From: Eledone cirrhosa
Lineage: Eukaryota
Length of the DNA: 64,000 bases
Assembly: GCA_964016885.1 (NCBI GenBank)
Contig: OZ024741.1
Coordinates: forward strand, 315,022,001-315,086,000
Direction of reading: 5' to 3'
Numbering within the stretch: the stretch's first letter is position 1; every line of letters starts with the position of its first letter. Positions 23,869 through 37,942 of the stretch are shown in pieces. Both the position numbers and the translations under genes were made by a program. The notes beneath the pieces were generated by a model. The model made no database searches and was not told where the DNA came from. It saw only the letters and a program-made list of their open reading frames with translations.

Positions 23869-26248
23869 GGTTTCTTTATTGGCCAGAAGCGCTAACATGA
23901 AGAAAAACATTACAGACGGCACAGAGCGGTACAGGAGGATACAAAGTGGATTTTGGCCGTGTAAAAAGGTTATAACAAGATAGAAATATGTAAAAACAAA
24001 TTAAAAAATTCAAAGAACATAAATTCTCCAAAAATGGGGAAGCTTCCGAGGGTCACTCGTGGCGAAAACCACACAAAAGTCCACGGCCACCCTGTCCACC
24101 AGGGCAAGCGCCCTCTCTCAGTTTTGCCACTCTTCAGTGTACAGGCGCATACTCAGAGCGGGCCCGTTCACTCGTACCAGACACGTCACTTTCCCCCACC
24201 TTTCAACAAACTTACTAGAAGACAGCACTTGCTTCTCCACCCTGATTTTCCTCTTCAAGTGAAACTTGAAAAAGTTAATCAGGTATTGGCTGGAGAGGAA
24301 ATGTCCGTCTTCAACCCTTTCTATCTTGTCCACCACACAATCTCTTTCGCCATGGCCACAGGGCAGATGAAAACTGCCTGCCCTTCCTCCTCTTTAAAGG
24401 AGGATGGCGGAGCCATCTGCACAATGGACTCAGTCGATAACCGGATCTGTCACCCAGCACGCATCTCGGACAGGCTCGGCTGACAGCACCTCCATGTCTG
24501 TAGAGATTATCGCGAACCGGCAACGCTCCCCGGTGGCACTACCAGGCCACGGATTTCTGGAAATTGTCCGTAGGCCCCGGTTTGAAAGTTCTCTTGAAGA
24601 GAGCGAAGAGCTGATCGTATTCGACGCCCAGGGTCTCTCCGAGAACATCGTCGCTCTTCTCCTCCACTAGCCCTCTATAGAACGCCGAGGTGGATGTTCC
24701 ATCGATATCAGTGTCCAGCTGGCAGAGCGCGCTGAGCGCTTAGAGACATCCCAGCTTCCAAGCGCTATACCTCGGCCTTTTCCTGATCCAGGAATGCAGC
24801 TCCGTCAAGGAGACGAGCTGGGGAAAAGCGCGCCTAGCAAACGGTGACCACAACTATTCACCGTCAAGGAAGCACCAGGGATGTCGCAGCCTCTGCGCAT
24901 GTTTGCGCCTCATCATCGACGGCATGCCCAGTCCTCCATGTAACGGCTGCTGACAGCAGATGGATCGTCTGAACATGGGAGCACGTCCCTTCCACAAAAA
25001 ACTTAAAGAGATGGCACTCCATTTTGGTCAGAGTTGGACGGGGGCAAGGTACGACGGTCAGGCGGTAGCAACTGACGGGTGCTATGTATGCATTCGCCAC
25101 CTCCGCCCGACCTTTCAGAGGAGACAGCCTCCTCTTGGTCCACTTCTGTCATAATGTTATTGGGTAATGTTCTCTGTGTAGGAGGGGTGTTGTATTTTGA
25201 GTCTGGAATATCGAAATATTGGTGTGCTGCTTTATATGTTCCATTAATCCATTGTGTACAATGTTTATGGCTGTATACTTTTTTTATTGGGGTGGGAGGG
25301 GGCTGTTTTCTTGTTGCTGCTGTTGGGTGTGTGTTCTTTGTTGTGTTTGTCATGTTGCTGTTTGTGGTGATGCTGTGGTGGTGTGGTTGTTGTTGGTGGC
25401 GATGCTTGTGGTGGTGATGGTGGTGTCGTTGCTGCAAGTCGCCTTGCAGCCTTTACCCTTCTTTGTTTGCCCTCGCTTTTGGAGTGCGAACCTAAGGGTT
25501 TCTTTCTTTTTTGTTTTGTTTTTTTGTGGCAGACCTTTTGCAACTTCAATTCCGCCTCATACTCCATGTCGGATTCCGTGGCGTCTGGGAGGGATATGTG
25601 CTCCACTACTGTTCGTGGTGGTAGTGGAGCCCTCTCCGGCGATTTTGTTGCTGGTGCAGCTACTGCAAATGTAGCTACTAGTGTTGCCGCCATTGCTGCC
25701 GCTGTTTTAGTTGTCCGTGGCCTTGGTATGTGTGCCACGGACGTTTCCTTCCTTCTCAGCGTGGAATGGTCTTCTGCCTCTGTTGCCTTCCCTGCTCTTG
25801 GTAGCAGCGGACCAGGCGTCGGAAGGAGAGGGATCCTCTTCTTGGCTGTCTTCTGCGAGCAATAGGCCTTGAGGTGACCCTTTTCCCCACAGCGATCGCA
25901 CTTTGGGCACCTTCCTTCCACGCTTATAAGGAGTTGGACTCCTTATTTGAGGTCTATGAGATCTGGAATGGCCTCGTTACACTCCTGTTTAGGTTCTATT
26001 AGCATTTGCATGCCTATACCTGACCACTTCTCTCTTCCCATTCTCTGTACTTGCAGCATCGTTGTCCTATCCTCGATTCCAGCAAGGGCAGATACAGCCA
26101 GCCAAGGTATGGGCACGTCGGGCGGGACCGGGGTCACTTTGACCCAAACACCTTTTCTGCCCTCAATAGGAGGGCACCAAGACTATCTCCTCACTCTTTA
26201 GGGTTTCCAAAGAGTGAGATGTCGCCTCTTGGGGTGTGGCATACTTTT
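23869..26248 (-). mobile_element. Tx1 retrotransposon T4, APE and RT deleted (junction ~25145), 5'-truncated within ORF1
   Basis: ORF2 C-terminal part joined directly to ORF1 3' part (CDRCGEKGHLKAYC); homologous to T3. Confidence 0.88.
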
Positions 26249-26545
26249 CAGAAATAATATACTCACAGATACTGAAATAACTGCGATCAAGCAAGCTGTG
26301 GCGAATGACATATATATAAATCATGAAAAAACTGAAGATCTCCTGGAGATAGTAACCAGTCACATGTCTTTATCAAAAGACAACCATCTGACCAAATCTC
26401 AAAAGATTTGTAGGAATGAGAAGTGCTATTGAACTTACTGAAAATAGCTAGGAATGGGGCAAAGAAACAGTACTTGAAGACCAAACGTTTTTCTGAAGAA
26501 CACAGAGAATCAATGAAGGAATTGAAACAAAATACTGAATGAGCT
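26249..26545 (+). pseudogene. N-terminal fragment of a third R4/Dong-like family
   Basis: RNNILTDTEITAIKQAV resembles family A RKKLLTDIEIDQIKLVA. Confidence 0.55.
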
Positions 26546-26567
26546 TGCAGTTATAAGACTAGTATAA

Positions 26568-26662
26568 AGTATGTTAGAAAGCATGGCGTCCGACCCTCTG
26601 CCGATACTGCCAATTCACCGCCCTTATATAATTCACCGCTCTTATATAATTCACGCCCTTAT
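26568..26662 (-). mobile_element. SINE 5' head fragment followed by a triplicated ~18-mer
   Basis: gcatggcgtccgaccctctgccgatactgccaattcaccgccctt, with (a)attcaccgcYcttatat repeated three times. Confidence 0.75.
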
Positions 26663-26688
26663 ATAACGACCAATAATAATATTAATAA

Positions 26689-29600
26689 TGATTTTTTATT
26701 AACCACAAGGGTTGACACAAAGTATGACATTAAGGACAACATAGGACAATACAGGACAGTACAAATCGTCATTTTTGCGTGTACAAAAAAACAAAACAAG
26801 ATGTAACAAAAAAAGAAACAAAGAAAACCTCCGAGGTCGCTCGTGGAGAAAGCCCACAAAAGAGCCACGGTTACCCTGACCGCTAGAGCAATGCGCTCTT
26901 CCTGTTTTCCGCCTACGATGCTACAGATACAAGCACAGGGTAGGCCCATTCACATGGGCCATTCTTGCCACTCTAAACCACCTTTCAACTAACTGGCTGG
27001 CAGGCAGCACTTCCCTCTCCACCCTGATTTTCCTTTTCAGGTGAAATCTGAAAAAGTTAATGAGGGCGTCACCGAAGAGGAATGTACCCGTCTTCAACCC
27101 TTTTAGACGTGTCCACCATACGATCTCTTTTACCATGGCCATCGGGCAAATAAAAACTGCCCACTCTTCCTGGCTAAAGGAAGGAGGCGGGGTAATCCTC
27201 ATGATGGACTCAGCTGATAGCCGGATCCGTCCTACACGCGACAGCAAGTGTTCGACATAAACCCGTAAGTCAGCAATGCTCGGACACTGGCCGTGTGCGA
27301 GCAGGACGGTTCCTCCCCTGCGCGCATCTCGGACAGGAACGGCTCACGGCACTTCCATGCCTGTAGAGTTTATCCCGAACTGGCAAAGCTCCTCGGTAGC
27401 ACTGCCAGGCCAGGGATTTCGGGAAGTTTTCCATATGCCCCGGCCTGAAAGTTCTCCCGAAGAGATTGTCTAGTTGATTTTCGTCGACGCCCAGAGTCTC
27501 CCCAAGGATGTCGTCGCTCTTTCCCTCCACTAACCCTCTATAGAACGCCAAGGTGGAGTTCCCACCGATCGCATTGCCCGACTGGTCGAGTGCTGTAAGC
27601 GCCTGAAAACATTACAGTCTCCAAGCGCTCCCTCTCGGTCTTCGCTTGACCCAGGATTGCAGCACCGTCAAGGAGACGAGCAGGGGAAACACGCGTCTAG
27701 CAAACGATAACCATACTGATCACCGTCGAGGAAGAGGTGGAGATGCCGTAGCCTGAGCGCATATCTGCGCATTATCAGCCACGGCACGCCCAGCCCTCCG
27801 CGTAGCGGGTGTTGACAGCAGATGGACCGCCTGACCATCGGAGCACCTCCCTTCCACAAAAAGTGAAAGAGCAAAGACTCCAGCGTAGTCAGGCGAGGCT
27901 TAGGACAAGGTACTACGGTCAGGCGGTAGTAGATGACGGACGCGATGTACGCGTTAGCCACCTCCGTCGACGTTTCAGGTATAGCTTCCTCGCGGCCCAT
28001 TTCTGGGTGAGAGAGGCCACCCTGTTCGTCACCTCGTCCCAGTTTTTGTCCATCTGGAAATCCAGACCGAACCAGACCCCTAGCAATTTAACCGGTCCGT
28101 CGGTCCAGCGCCCGACTACGCTGTTGGATGACATGCACCTGGCTCTCCAGGTGCCGAGCTGCAGGCTCAGCGAATTTTCCTGGTTGATCATTGCTCCTGT
28201 GGCCGCCTCGTATTCTCTTAGTGTGGTGCCGATTGCTTCGATGTGTTTGGCTTTCGGCACTACTACGATGACGTCATCTGCATATGCTGACACGGTTCTT
28301 CCGCATTCCAGTTCGCGCGGGAACCCCGTCAACGTCTTCAGTCGGTGCAGTAATGGCTCGAGAGTCAATACGTATAACAGGGACGAGAGGGGACATCCTT
28401 GGCGTACCGATCGCATGATGTTGAACGCTTCCGAAAGGTTACCGTTCACTCTTACCAGAGAGCAGATGTTGTTCTGCATGGCAGCAATCCAGTCTCTGAA
28501 GACGGGCCGAAGGCCAGTCGCCCTCGGGACTGCCGTCAGATAACGATGGTCGACCCTATCGAAAGCTTTCGACTGATCTAAATTGATCAAGGACCCACCC
28601 GTACCAGGTTCCCTAGCTACCCGCTCCACGATGTATAGTATGAGGTGGAGGTTGTCGTGGATGGATCTGTCTGGAATGGCGCATGTGTGCAACTCTCCCA
28701 CCAGACCTCCAACGACAAGCGCCAACCTCTTTGCTAATACTTTGGACAAAATCTTGAAATCTGTGTTTAGCAGCGTTATGGGCCTAAAATTATTTATGAC
28801 ATCCTCCTTGTCCGGATCCCTTCTCAGCAGCGCCACCGCTCCTCAGCTCACAGAGCTGGGAATTCTCCCGTTCTGCTGCTAGTTGCAGTAGAGGTCCGTC
28901 CACCAAGAGGTCTCATAACAAGTCTGGCATATTTACGTAAAATTCGTAGGGCAAACCATCCAAACCGGCCGATTTACCCATTTCGCAGCCAATTATTCAC
29001 TCCCGTACTTCAGCGCTGTTATCGACTTTTCGCAACAGTGGCCAAGTGCCGCGGCAGTCCGTCGAGGTAGGCACTATAGTACATCCCGTGATACGGCCCG
29101 CCGCTGCTCCAGAACGGCTGAGCAAAGTATCGCTGAAAAGCCGTACACATTTTCCCGGGTTCGAGTAGCATGTGCCCCTCGTGGTCTTCCAAAGACAGGA
29201 TCGTGGGTCTGTTGCCACGACGCGCCTCCGCCACTCGGGTCATCGAACGGCTTTCGCCCCCTCGTGTCTGAGGGCATGCACCCTAGCTCTGACAACGCAG
29301 CCTTCGTGCTTAGAGTTTAAAAATTGGTTGAGGGCCAATTTCGACGCAAGCACGTCGGTCGCGATGCCTTTAGTAAGCGCCCCGTCAAATTTTCTAACTA
29401 GTTCTCCCTCTGCTCTATTTTTCTCTATTACTAACGCTCTACTAAACCTAATGGAATCTATTCTAATCGCTCCTTTCAGGGCCAACCCCCATTTCTTGTT
29501 GACGATGGCTCCCGTCAACGCCCGCCAACGCACGCTTAACTAATTCACTACTCCGGTCTCTATAAACTTTTTGCGCCGGAACGACGCGTGTAGCTTCCAG

Positions 29601-32336
29601 TAACCGGGTCCCTGTCTATGAAGACTATCTAAGTGAACGACACAGATCACAATTTGTGGTCCCTGTAGTCGACTATCTTGAATTGTGGACAGCCTATGCT
29701 AGACCTATCTATTTCCCTATCTAGATATGATCTGGATGACCCAATGCGGTTTGTCCAAGTCCACATTGGCACATTCGGAAATCCAACCGGTACCTGTCAG
29801 AAAGGTGAAAACGTCTGTGCAAGTTTGTGAGGCTTTTACACCCTCCTCCCCTATCCGCTAATCCCACACAATCCCAGCGTGCATCTAAGATCCCGTTCCA
29901 GTCGCCCACTAAAACTAAAGAGCGGGACCTTCCAAGAAAGGTCTCCAGACGCTGGAAGAATTCAGGCCGTCCTGCTCCCGTTGGGGCATAGACGGCCACT
30001 AGCCTGAAAGCTTGTCCTTCTTCGTTGGTCACGTCCAGCACCACCAACTTACCTTATGGGTCCAAGAAAACGGCCCGTATCTCGAGATCCAGACTTCTCC
30101 GGAACAACACGCCCCCTCCCCCGATCTGGGATGGCCTGGAAATATGTACACCTCGTAGCCGCCGAAAATGGGTGCCTCGGAGATTCTGGTCTCGCTGATG
30201 GCCACCACATCTATGTTTAGCGTCTTGAGATCGTTCAGCAGATGGCCCTGCTTCCAAGACGAACCCAGGCCACGTACATTTATGCTAACTATTCTGAGAG
30301 AAGCCATGTTGGATAGGATAAGAGGAAAACAAATGAGAGGGGAAAAGTATAAAAATTACCTGTGGCTCTTTTTTAGGAAGGGGATGGGTTATCCATCCCT
30401 CCGACCAGTGGTGGGTTTCTCCCCGAGAATGTTCGTGAATATTCGTTTGGTGATGTTGCCTCGGTAGTCTCCAATTGATGTGGGAACATTTTTTAGATGT
30501 CATGTAATTTTTGTTTGATTTCTATTATTCTTTTGTGTGTGCGGGGTGCAATTTTGGTGGTTTGTACGTAGTTTGTTTCTGTGATGTTGGTGTCGTGTTG
30601 AATGTAATTTAAAAGCTTTGTGTTGTCTGTGTTTATGGCTGTGTATTGTGTCTGTTGTTTGGGTGTTGGTGCTTTTTGTGGTGGTGGTGTTGTTGGTGGT
30701 GGTGGTGATGGTGTAGGTGGTTATGGGGGTGTGGCTTTTCATGGTGGTGTAGGAGGTGGGGTAGTTTTCATTTTCGTTGGGGGGGGGGGGATTATTTATT
30801 TCTCTTCTTGGGGGAGCAAGGTAGGGAGTTCTCCTTTTTTTGTTGGGATAGATCTTCATTCTTCGGCCTCATCGCACTCCTTGTCCGATTTAGTTATATC
30901 AGGAAGGGGAATGCTTTCCATTGGTTCTGTGGGTGGTGGAAGAGATGGTGCTTTTGTTGTTGGGGATGGTGATTCCTCTTCTGCCACTGTGTTATTTGTT
31001 GTTTGTCTGCTCCAGTTGTGAGGCACGGCGTGGGGAGAAGGGGTGGGCGCGTGCCCGTTTTGGTGAGTTTGGAGCAGAAGGCCTTAAGGTGCGTCTTGTC
31101 ACCGCATCCATGACAGCTTGGGTGCCTACCTTCGACAGTCACGGGTAGATGGCTGCCGCCGTCCAGGTCTATTACATCGGGGATGGCCTCGATGCTCTCA
31201 TGGTCTGCTTGGATGATTAGCTCCATCCCCGACCCTGTCTTATTCACATGACTTTGAGTATAATTGTCGAATCCTCAACGTCAGCGAGGACGGCCACCGT
31301 CAACCGCGCCATCTCCACTGAGGGCGGAACCTGGACCACTCGAACCATCAGACTCTCTGGCCGCAGTATGTGGGCATCATTATGATTTCGTTAATGCGGT
31401 GCAATGGAGTGTGCTCTGGCTTATTCTGGTATAGCGCATAGCACAACCACAGTGCCATACCTCGATCTCCGGGCTATGTATGTTTTCTGTGCCCAGACGG
31501 CAGCCATAGCTCTTTGAACCTGTGACTCGGTTGCCCGTTCAACTCGCTGCGATTTTGTTCCGATCGTGCAATAACTGACCGAACACAAAAGCTTGTTTCT
31601 TATTATATCAGCTGGGTGGGTGAGACTTACCTTGTGTCCGGTCATGTTAACCAAGACATTCGCTTGTTTTATTTCTTCATTGGTGATGTGTACTTGTTCA
31701 AAATTGTTTGTCGCTTTAGCGAAAGACGTTTTTGTTTTGATTTGTGTTGATTCATCGCTAGTTTTGTCTTTGTTGTTGTTGCCGTCGCTGGTGTTTTTGT
31801 TTGTTTTTTTCCTCTGTGTTGCTGTTGTTATAGTTGCTGCTCCTTGGGTTCTTTATGGCTGTTGCTGTTGTTATTGTTATTATTGGGGTTGTGGTGGTGT
31901 TTGATTTTTCTAACGTAGGGAAGTTTTTGTTGTAATTTGCACTACTACTGCTACTGTTCCAGTTGCTGTTGCTACTGTTGTCACCACCACTGTCATTGTC
32001 GTTGCTGCTGCTGTTTCTCTTGTTTTTTACTTTGCCTTATGATTGGATGGAATCGGCTGTTTCACCCTCCGAACAACCCACTGTTTCTCCCTGTGGACAA
32101 TTTTTTTTGTCCCCCATGTTTTATTTAAAAAAAACAACAACATTTTGGGGGGTACGATTGTAAATAAATACAAATTCAGCCCTCAAGCGCGCGAGATACA
32201 GTTAAAAAACCACCTCCTTTAAAAGAGGGGTTCTTTAACTACGCACCGATGTAAAAAATACTATATAGAACTTTCGATAAATCATAAAAATTAAACTAAC
32301 TTACTCCGCCGTAGTTACAGCCGTCTCGAGAGATTC
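26689..32336 (-). mobile_element. Tx1 retrotransposon T5, full length, frameshifted; same family as T2
   Basis: ORF1 from ~32118, ORF2 from 30307 to stop at 26921; AYADD and QGCPLS in ORF 27919..28836; (AAT)n on both sides. Confidence 0.92.
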
Positions 32337-32345
32337 AATAATAAT

Positions 32346-32637
32346 TGTTTCTACTTTTTGGCACAAGGCTAGGAATTATCCCAGTGAATTACTGGTACTT
32401 TATTTCATCGACCCCGTAAGGATGAAAAGCAAAGTTAACCTTGGCAGGATTTGAACTCAGACCATAAAGGGCCGTAACTCTTTGCTGCAAAGCATGGCGT
32501 CCGACTCTCTACCGATAGTGCCAATCCACCATAATAATTGTTTCTACTTTAGGCACAAGGCCAGCAATTAACCAGTACATTACTGGTACTTTATTTTATC
32601 GACCCCGTAAGGATGAAAGGTAAAGTTAACCTCGGCG
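32346..32637 (-). mobile_element. Two tandem SINE copies (32346-32530 near full; 32539-32637 5'-truncated)
   Basis: Each starts ataattgtttctactt..ggcacaagg on +. Confidence 0.9.
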
Positions 32638-32661
32638 CCATAATAATGATAATAACAAAGC

Positions 32662-32838
32662 ATGGTTAAAGAAGATTAGTCCATCCCCGCTTTTTGGAAC
32701 ACTTCAAAAGGCATGCTTTCTGGGAACAGCAAGAACCCTCCGATACATCCTGAATGTCTGAGGCTGAAGGTAGTGGCCTGATATTCATTTCAACAAACTT
32801 TCCAGTTAAATAACATCAATAACTGAGACTCAAAGAAC
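32662..32838 (+). mobile_element. R4/Dong family B, copy 4, extreme 3' fragment
   Basis: tggttaaagaagatt...cttcaaaaggcatgc...gagactcaaagaac, between AAT-like tracts. Confidence 0.9.
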
Positions 32839-32856
32839 AAAAATGATAATAATAAT

Positions 32857-33043
32857 TGTTTCTACTTTAGGCACAAGGCTAACAATTACCCAGTGCATTA
32901 GTGGTACTTTATTTTATCGACCCCGTAAGGATGAAAGGCAAAGTCAACCTCAGCGGGATTTGAACTCAGACTGTAAAGGGACGTAACTATGCTAGAGAGC
33001 ATGGCGTCCAACCCTTTACCGATACTGCCAATTCACCGCCCTT
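32857..33043 (-). mobile_element. Full-length tRNA-derived SINE (~187 nt)
   Basis: 5' aagggcggtgaattggcagtatcgg (A box) ... gagttcaaatccc (B box) ... tail; (AAT)n on both sides. Confidence 0.92.
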
Positions 33044-33066
33044 AAAAATGATAATAATAATAATAT

Positions 33067-36000
33067 TGGTTTCATTTATTGGCCACAAGGGCCGTCATAT
33101 TGGGGACGATAGACTAGACAGGGACAGTGGGGCTTTACATAAAAATCGAATAAAAAAAATAGGAAAGCAATAACAAGAAACAAGAAAAATACAACAATGA
33201 AAGATTCCCCAATAGGGGGGGGGTGACCACCCAGGGTTGACTCAAATACCACACCAATCCTGAACCAACCGACGCTTCGAGAGCACCACGGAAGGAAACC
33301 CCTCTCCTCCTCAAATTCACCGACCTACAGGCGCATAATTAGAGTAGGCCCACTCACACGGGCCATTCTCGCCACATTCACCAAACTTGTAGCAAATGTA
33401 TTGGGGGGGGGCAGCACTTCTCTCACCACCCTCACCTTTCTTTTCAAGTGAAACTTGAAAAAGTTGATGAGGGTTTAACCGAAGAGAAAAATGTCTGTCT
33501 TCAGTCCTTTCAACCTGGTCTACCATACAACCTCTTTCACTACTGCCACCAGACAGAGGAAAATTGCCTGCTCTTCCTGGCCAAAAGAAGGCGGCGGGTC
33601 GATCTTCACTATGGACTCGGCCGATATCCGGATCCCTTTACACACGACAACAGCTGTTCGACATAACTCCACAAGACAGCAATGCACGGGAGTGCGTGGA
33701 GAAGGGTTTCGTCGCTCTGCGCGCATTTCGGGCAGGTCAGTCTGACGGCACTTCCGTGCCTGCAGAGTTTATCTTGAATCGGCAGTGGCCCCCGGTAGCA
33801 CTGCCAAGTGAGGGATTTTTGTCAGTTATCCATCGTCTCCGACTCGAAAGTCCTCCGGAACAGACTAGTTAGTTCGACTTTGTCGACGCCCAGAGCCTCT
33901 CCGAGTACGTCGTCGCTCTTGCCCACCATTAATCCTCTATAGAACTCGAGAGTGGAAATTTCACTGACTGCATTGCCCACCTGGTAGAGCGCAGTGAGTA
34001 CCTGGCAACATTCCAGATGCCAGTCACCCAGTCTCGGTCTCTTCTTGACCCAGGACTGCAGCTCAGTCAAAGAGACGAGCTGCGGAAAGGCCCCTCTGAC
34101 AAACGGCGACTATACCTGTTCAGCGTTTAGGCAGAATATCTGGAGATGCCGCAGCCTCAGTGCATGTCTGCGCATCATTAGTTACAGCATGCCCAGCCCT
34201 CCACGTAGAGGGTGCTGGCAGCTGATGGACAGCCCCACCAACGGAACCTGTCCCCTCCACAAGAATTTGAAGTAGAGCTGTTCCAACTTGGCGAGGCGCG
34301 GACGAGGGTAAAGCAAGACTGACAGGCGGTAGTAGATGACGGACCGATGGTCGACCCTATTGATTGCTTTCGATTGATCTAAATTGATCAGAGCCCCCAC
34401 CGAAGCCAGGTTTACACTCTACCCAATTCTATGATGTATCGCATGTGATGGAAGTTGTCGTATATAGACCTGGACGGGATTGCACAAGTTTGCGCATCCC
34501 CAACCAAATCCTCGACGACAAGCGCCAACTTCTTCGTTAATACCTTGGTCAATATTTTAAACTCTCTTTTGAGCAGAGTTATGAGCCGGAAATTATCTAA
34601 TGTGTCCCTCTTGTTCTCGTCTTTCCTTATCAGCGTCACTACGCCCCGGCTTATAGAACTGGGAATACTCCCATTCTGCTTCCAGTTACAGTAGAGCCCT
34701 TCAAAGAGATCGGAGAACAAGTCTGGCATATTTACGTAAAGCTCGTAGGGCAGTCCATCCAAACTGGCTGACTTGCGCCTCATGCAGCCGATAAGGGCAT
34801 CTTGAATCTCGGCTGAAATAATCGGCCTTTCGCAGTGCTCAGCGTCGGCCGTCGAGAGATGCGGCAAGCCATCGAGGTAGAGACTGAAGTCCGTCACCAT
34901 CTCTGACCCGCCACTTTCCCCGAACAACCGAGCAAAATGTTGGCGAAAGGCCTCACACATCCGCTTGGAATCGCTCAGCTCGTGTTCGTCTCGGTCCGTC
35001 AAAGACCGAATCATGGTTTTATTACCGTGCTGCGCCTCTGCCACGCGGGCCCATCGAACAGCTTTGGTTCCCTCGTTTCTCAGAGCACGTGCCTTAGCTC
35101 TGACAATGCAACATTCGTGTTTCGCATTGAAGAAATTATCTAATGCCATTCTCGCCGCTAGCACGTCAGTTGCAATGCCACTACAAATAGCCTCGTCTAA
35201 CTCATCTACCAGCTCTCCCTCCTTTCTATTTTTCTCTAACGCTACTTCTTTGCTAAACTCTATCGACATTACTCTAATTTCTCTTTTGAGAGACCCCACC
35301 ATCTATAGTTGACGACTCCCCCTGTCAACTTTTTCTTAACTAAATTGTTGATCCGCTCATATCGGATACTCCCACACAATCCCAGCGTGCGTCTAAGATG
35401 CCGTTCCAGTCCCCCGCTAACAGTAAAGGATGACTTCGACATCTGCCTGTGCAATTAAAGCTGCCCTCTTGGTTTCTGCTGAGATGCATCTGTAATGCAC
35501 CGTTCTGAGCTCCACTGCTTCAATAGCTTCTACCGGGACAGTAAAGTTTACCCAGGTTTGTTCTTGCTTGATGAGCCTGGGCCAACATTTCTTCTTTGTT
35601 CGAGAGGTCCATGCTGAAGCATGGCCTCTTTTTGGCTGCTGCCGCAGCGAAAGTGTTGCTGTTGTTGTCGTTGGTGCTGTTGTGGTTGTTCTTGTTAGTG
35701 TTGTTGCTGTTATCACTGTTGCAGTTCGTTATATCTTTGGTGCCGCCGGTGTTGTTGTTCTCGGTGCAGTTGGTATTGTTGCTGCTGGTGCTGTCGCTGT
35801 TTATGTTCTTGTTAGTGGTGTTAATTTCGTTGTTGTTTTTGTTGTCATCATCTTTGTTGTCTGTCTTTTGGTTGTCACTGTTACTGCTGAGGTTAGTATT
35901 GTCGTTGTTGTTTTTTAAAGTTTATTGATTTCACTATTGGTGTTGCTGCTGCAGTTGTTAATGCTGCTTTTGGTGGTGCTGCTAAATGTATGCGTAGTAT

Positions 36001-36297
36001 AAATGAATGCGTTTCCCACCTCTCAACATTTAGGTTGCTGCCACACGACAGCAGATTTAAAGTTGGGGGTCGTGGCTCAGCCATGTTTTTTTTTTCGAGA
36101 ATATTTTTAAAAATACAAATAACTTCAAATATTTGGGACTTTTGGTCCAAATATTACACAGTTACCCCTTCACAGAGCAAAGACGCAAGTCTTAAGACCT
36201 TTTTAAAAGAATGCAACAATTATCATAAATGAAAATAAACAGAAAATGTCCTACATTTCCGGAGCTCCAAAAACACATCTTCACTGATCGATAGGCA
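33067..36297 (-). mobile_element. Tx1 retrotransposon T6 (distinct family), both ends present, multiple internal deletions
   Basis: ORF1 start ~36084, ORF2 remnant 34412..35302 (DGLPYELY, FRLITLL); deletion junctions at ~34342 and ~35360-35430; AAT flanks. Confidence 0.87.
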
Positions 36298-36305
36298 ATA
36301 ATAAT

Positions 36306-36477
36306 GATTTCTAGTATAGGTACAAGGCCAGTAATTTGGGAGGGAAGGCAAATCGATTAAATTGACCCCAGTGCATTACTCGTTCTTTATTTTATCGACT
36401 GCGTAAGGATGAAAGCCAAGTTAACCTCGGCGGGATTTGAACTCAGACCATAAAGAGGCGTAATTCTACCGATACTG
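36306..36477 (-). mobile_element. SINE variant with an extra segment near its 3' end; closes the array
   Basis: Same B box and central domain, plus gggagggaaggcaaatcgattaaattgacccc; similar variants at ~42500 and ~59832. Confidence 0.8.
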
Positions 36478-36694
36478 AACTGTTCCCTGAAGCAGAAATA
36501 TTGTAATTATGTTTAGTGTAACAACACCATCTAATATTTGTGCGCCTTTACCAGACTTAAGTCGCTTGGATCTATTCGAGGCATGTCTGGAAAATACATC
36601 GCTACACTTTCTTCCTCTAGGTTTCGTCTACCACGACAGAACTGAAAATTCCAGGATTACTTCTCTTCCCGTTCTGTATAAATAAATAAATAAA

Positions 36695-37942
<1,248 letters not shown>

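Noticed and set aside
32950-33043. tRNA gene
   Set aside because: A and B boxes are present but there is no cloverleaf, and it is attached to the SINE body and tail.
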